Part shown: one piece after another, positions 61,222-64,000 of the stretch
Position numbering within the stretch: the first letter of the stretch is position 1
Layout of the letters: every line of letters starts with the position of its first letter
IMG/VR virus record: IMGVR_UViG_3300032117_000020
Source: a virus
Direction: 5' to 3' (one strand)
Length of the DNA stretch: 64,000 bases
The notes under the pieces: generated by a model
What the model was told of the DNA's origin: nothing
The model's input: the letters and a program-made list of their open reading frames with translations, nothing else
Databases searched by the model: none
Translations under genes and position numbers: made by a program

Positions 61222-62010
61222 ATGCAGATTATCAGCAAATTTAAAGATTATTACGATTCTTCACAGCAATATGGATTTGATTCAGATTTGCTGTTTATTC
61301 GCAACACCGAGGAATATAAGCCAAGCACTGATTTAAATAAAGAAATTCATAAACTTGATGACCTTTATAGCCGGTATAGGGGCGCGGATATTAATCTTTT
61401 GTTTTTCTGCGGAAGGGCTTATCCTATCGTGAATATTCCAACACGCAGCTCAGAATTTCATGATGCATCAATTTTCGGTGCCAAGCCACTCTACGGCACG
61501 GTTCAGGATTATATTGATTATGTGAAAGAAGAAATGAATTCTCATAAATCTACTGCTGAGTACAAGAAGTGGGCTCTCAATACATTTTTTAATGGAGATG
61601 AAAAAGACTCATGGTATAAAAAGTTTAATTCAACAGAAAAAGGAATGCTGGCGTATGCTACACATTTGCTCAATGTAAAAGTTGATAGTTCTGTTTTTAT
61701 TGAGGTTGATGCACCATATTTTTATGTAAGAATTCCCCGTTATGGACCATATCAGATCACTAAAAATCCAAAATTAAGTGATTACTCATTCTTCAAATAT
61801 ATGGACTCCTTCACATGTTATCAGGAAATTCGAATGTATCTTGGAAATATTTTGACCAAAACCGACATGATGCCTATCACCACAGGTGGCGATAAGGTAA
61901 TTGCTCAGCAGAAAGGTTTTGATGAGATGTCTTTCAGGACAATGCCTCCTGGAAAAAAGAAAGAACATAGAAAAGTCAATCGCGCAAGGAAGAAAAATGT
62001 CCAGGTATAG
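61222..62010 (+). CDS. hypothetical protein (262 aa)
   Basis: ORF track. Confidence 0.55.
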   Translation: MQIISKFKDYYDSSQQYGFDSDLLFIRNTEEYKPSTDLNKEIHKLDDLYSRYRGADINLLFFCGRAYPIVNIPTRSSEFHDASIFGAKPLYGTVQDYIDYVKEEMNSHKSTAEYKKWALNTFFNGDEKDSWYKKFNSTEKGMLAYATHLLNVKVDSSVFIEVDAPYFYVRIPRYGPYQITKNPKLSDYSFFKYMDSFTCYQEIRMYLGNILTKTDMMPITTGGDKVIAQQKGFDEMSFRTMPPGKKKEHRKVNRARKKNVQV

Positions 62011-62722
62011 TCCAAAATCTAAACATAAAAAGAAAATTCTTCATAATGATAATGGAGGTTTTTTATATCGTGTGGAAAAGATTGGCAATGCAAAAAGAGA
62101 TTTGATTAATTCTGAATGCAGCGAATGTGCCAAGATCAAGCACGAAAATTCTCGAAGAGAATTATTGAGAACAGAGTTCACAAAAGGTTATCGTCAAAGA
62201 ATAAAGGCAGGCAATTTTGAAAGAATTCCAGAAAATCTAATGCCTTTGCCTCTATGTAGAGAGCATCAACACTCCATTAAACGAAGATTCGGCTCGGGCA
62301 TCACCCGAAGACAATGGAAAAATAATCGAAAAGCAATTAAAGATCATCAATATAATAAAAATATGGACATTTATAACTTAACAGAAGCATTGATTAGTTC
62401 GGTTGATGCCACAACAGCATATAATGCTGAGGAATGGCAGAAGAAAAAAGATATTTGCCCATTATCAGAGCATTGTTTTGCTGTGGCATATGTGGTTAAG
62501 GAAATTTTAGGTGGTCAGATTGTTTGCGGAATTATCAACGGTGAAAGACATGCCTGGAATCAACTAGAGGACGGAGAATATATTGACCTCACATCTAAGC
62601 AGTTTGGCGGTGACGGACTACATCCAATCAAAGGCACAACATCCAAGCCTTGGAAAACACCAAAAAATGTGAATAAACGTTTTACTATTTTGTTAGAAAG
62701 AGTAAAGGAGAAATTAAAATAG
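61997..62722 (+). CDS. hypothetical basic protein (start refined from 61901 to ATG 61997)
   Basis: ORF track; 14-nt overlap with upstream gene. Confidence 0.5.
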   Translation: MSRYSPKSKHKKKILHNDNGGFLYRVEKIGNAKRDLINSECSECAKIKHENSRRELLRTEFTKGYRQRIKAGNFERIPENLMPLPLCREHQHSIKRRFGSGITRRQWKNNRKAIKDHQYNKNMDIYNLTEALISSVDATTAYNAEEWQKKKDICPLSEHCFAVAYVVKEILGGQIVCGIINGERHAWNQLEDGEYIDLTSKQFGGDGLHPIKGTTSKPWKTPKNVNKRFTILLERVKEKLK

Positions 62723-62727
62723 AAATT

Positions 62728-63264
62728 ATGAAAATTTATAGATTCGAAAACAAATATCATTTTGGCCCATTTTTTTCGCACTTTACTGAGCCATATCCAA
62801 CGAAAGATCTACCCGCCTCAGATGATCTATTTGATTATGATGCAAACATATCATACAGAAATAAGTTTGGAAGATCTGCTCCTCCATCAAACTATCATGT
62901 TTTTGGATGCACAGATAAAAATCAGCTTATTCAAGATTTTAAGGATCACTTAGATATTCTTAGCGATAGCGACTTTAGAATTTCAGAATATGAAACCGAT
63001 GACTTTGCATATGTAGATGGTGTTGTGTGTTTTGATGCCGTAAGATCAAAATTAATTCATCAATATGATGTTTATGGAAATATGTTAAATTCAATGATAG
63101 CAAATTTTGATGAATTCATAGAGTTCAGTTCATATTTTGCTCAAGATATGCTATATTTTCTGGACTATCATAATTTTAAGATGTACGGTGTAGATGGAAC
63201 AAATTATGAAATTATCAACGCCACATCAAAATATGAAATTGTGGAGCAAGGTTTTTTGGCGTAG
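62728..63264 (+). CDS. hypothetical protein (178 aa)
   Basis: ORF track. Confidence 0.5.
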   Translation: MKIYRFENKYHFGPFFSHFTEPYPTKDLPASDDLFDYDANISYRNKFGRSAPPSNYHVFGCTDKNQLIQDFKDHLDILSDSDFRISEYETDDFAYVDGVVCFDAVRSKLIHQYDVYGNMLNSMIANFDEFIEFSSYFAQDMLYFLDYHNFKMYGVDGTNYEIINATSKYEIVEQGFLA

Positions 63265-63306
63265 TTTAAGTCTTTTCAAGATTTTTTTAATAAGTTCAAT
63301 TTTAAG

Positions 63307-63337
63307 AAATTTTCCCAATAAAAATAAAAAGGATAAT
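63307..63337 (+). promoter_or_regulatory. conserved promoter-like motif (consensus copy)
   Basis: GAAATTTTCCCAATAAAAATAAAAAGGATAATA; ATG 63343. Confidence 0.55.
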
Positions 63338-63342
63338 AGATC

Positions 63343-63687
63343 ATGACACCACAAACAGTATTTAACAAAGTTGTGAGGCACTGCCTCAAGCAGAATAAAA
63401 AGGCTATGAAGGCTGACGAATATGGTTATAAAAAATGCCAATATCATGCTCCAGATGGCACTAAGTGCGCCGTGGGATGTCTAATCAGCAAGGCGAATTA
63501 TCGACCAAGTATGGAAGATGAACCGATTAAAACAATTATTCAAAGAGATTTGATGCCTAAGCATCTTATCGCTCATGCAGAACTATTAGATAGCCTACAA
63601 AATGTGCATGATTGTATGGAGGTAGAGGCCTGGTATTATGGTTTTCAGAATGTTGCTGATAAATTTGATTTGAAAATGCCGGTATAA
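63343..63687 (+). CDS. hypothetical protein (114 aa)
   Basis: ORF track. Confidence 0.5.
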   Translation: MTPQTVFNKVVRHCLKQNKKAMKADEYGYKKCQYHAPDGTKCAVGCLISKANYRPSMEDEPIKTIIQRDLMPKHLIAHAELLDSLQNVHDCMEVEAWYYGFQNVADKFDLKMPV

Positions 63688-63693
63688 ATAATT

Positions 63694-64000
63694 ATGATTA
63701 CATTTAAGAAAGGTGATTTGTTTGTAAGTGGTGCAGCCACTATTGTGAATGCTGTGAATTGTGTGGGAGTGATGGGCGGAGGAATCGCCGCTGAATTCCG
63801 AAAGAGATATCCAGATATGTATAATGATTATCGAAAGATCTGCAATAACAATTTACTTCATCCAGGCGATCTTCATATTTGGTTTGAAGATGATTTTCCT
63901 GTGATTATCAACTTCCCCACAAAGGATGAGGTTGTGAGAGATTCGCTTCTAGAGTATATTGAACTAGGACTTCCGAATCTCGCAGAAACTATTATTGAGT
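63694..64000 (+). CDS. macro domain protein (ADP-ribose binding / hydrolase), 3' end beyond window
   Basis: N-term FKKGDLF...ATIVNAVNCVGVMGGGIAAEF matches macro domain N-x6-GGGV signature; ORF continues past window edge. Confidence 0.65.
   Translation, partial: MITFKKGDLFVSGAATIVNAVNCVGVMGGGIAAEFRKRYPDMYNDYRKICNNNLLHPGDLHIWFEDDFPVIINFPTKDEVVRDSLLEYIELGLPNLAETIIE

Noticed and set aside
1-64000. Assigning the element to a giant eukaryotic virus (ankyrin, PARP-WGR, macro, DnaJ, Hsp90)
   Set aside because: Bacterial-type signals are equally visible: a lipobox lipoprotein, IS607 with a MerR-HTH TnpA, Dcm, pervasive ATGA translational coupling and GATAAT -10-like promoters at leaderless starts. 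The host domain is left open, with a jumbo-phage origin favoured.

Overview
AT-rich (about one-third GC by eye) segment of a large dsDNA virus genome, most likely a jumbo bacteriophage; a giant-virus-like origin cannot be excluded from sequence alone. Nearly all genes lie on the + strand. Genes are densely packed and many stop and start codons overlap (ATGA / GTGA). About 28 copies of a conserved ~30-bp promoter-like motif (consensus AAATTTCCCAATAAAAATAAAAAGGATAATA) sit 4-20 nt upstream of start codons. Most of these genes have no Shine-Dalgarno sequence, which suggests leaderless transcripts. Recognisable content:
- NAD+/ADP-ribose toolkit: a PARP1-like poly(ADP-ribose) polymerase with a WGR domain, a NAMPT-like enzyme plus a Prs-like pyrophosphokinase (candidate NAD+ reconstitution pathway, NARP1-like), and a macro domain protein at the window edge.
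- Chaperones: an Hsp90/HtpG-like GHKL ATPase and a DnaJ homologue.
- Nucleotide/DNA metabolism: C5-cytosine DNA methyltransferase, CMP/dCMP-type deaminase, DEDDh exonuclease, HD-domain and metallophosphoesterase proteins.
- A radical SAM enzyme next to a Pol-beta-type nucleotidyltransferase.
- Other domain hits: a TerD-domain fusion protein, a 1288-aa ankyrin-repeat protein and an SPFH lipoprotein gene split by a frameshift.
- Mobile elements: an IS607-family element (serine recombinase TnpA + TnpB) and an HNH endonuclease.
- A tRNA-like ncRNA candidate with its own promoter, and a ~1.8-kb GC-rich island.
The most striking feature is an expanded family of at least 22 small (~65-80 aa) paralogous proteins (N-terminal xFKIGDxV, C-terminal CPEYFKEL) arranged in six translationally coupled tandem arrays. 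One member is truncated by the IS element and one is a tandem fusion.
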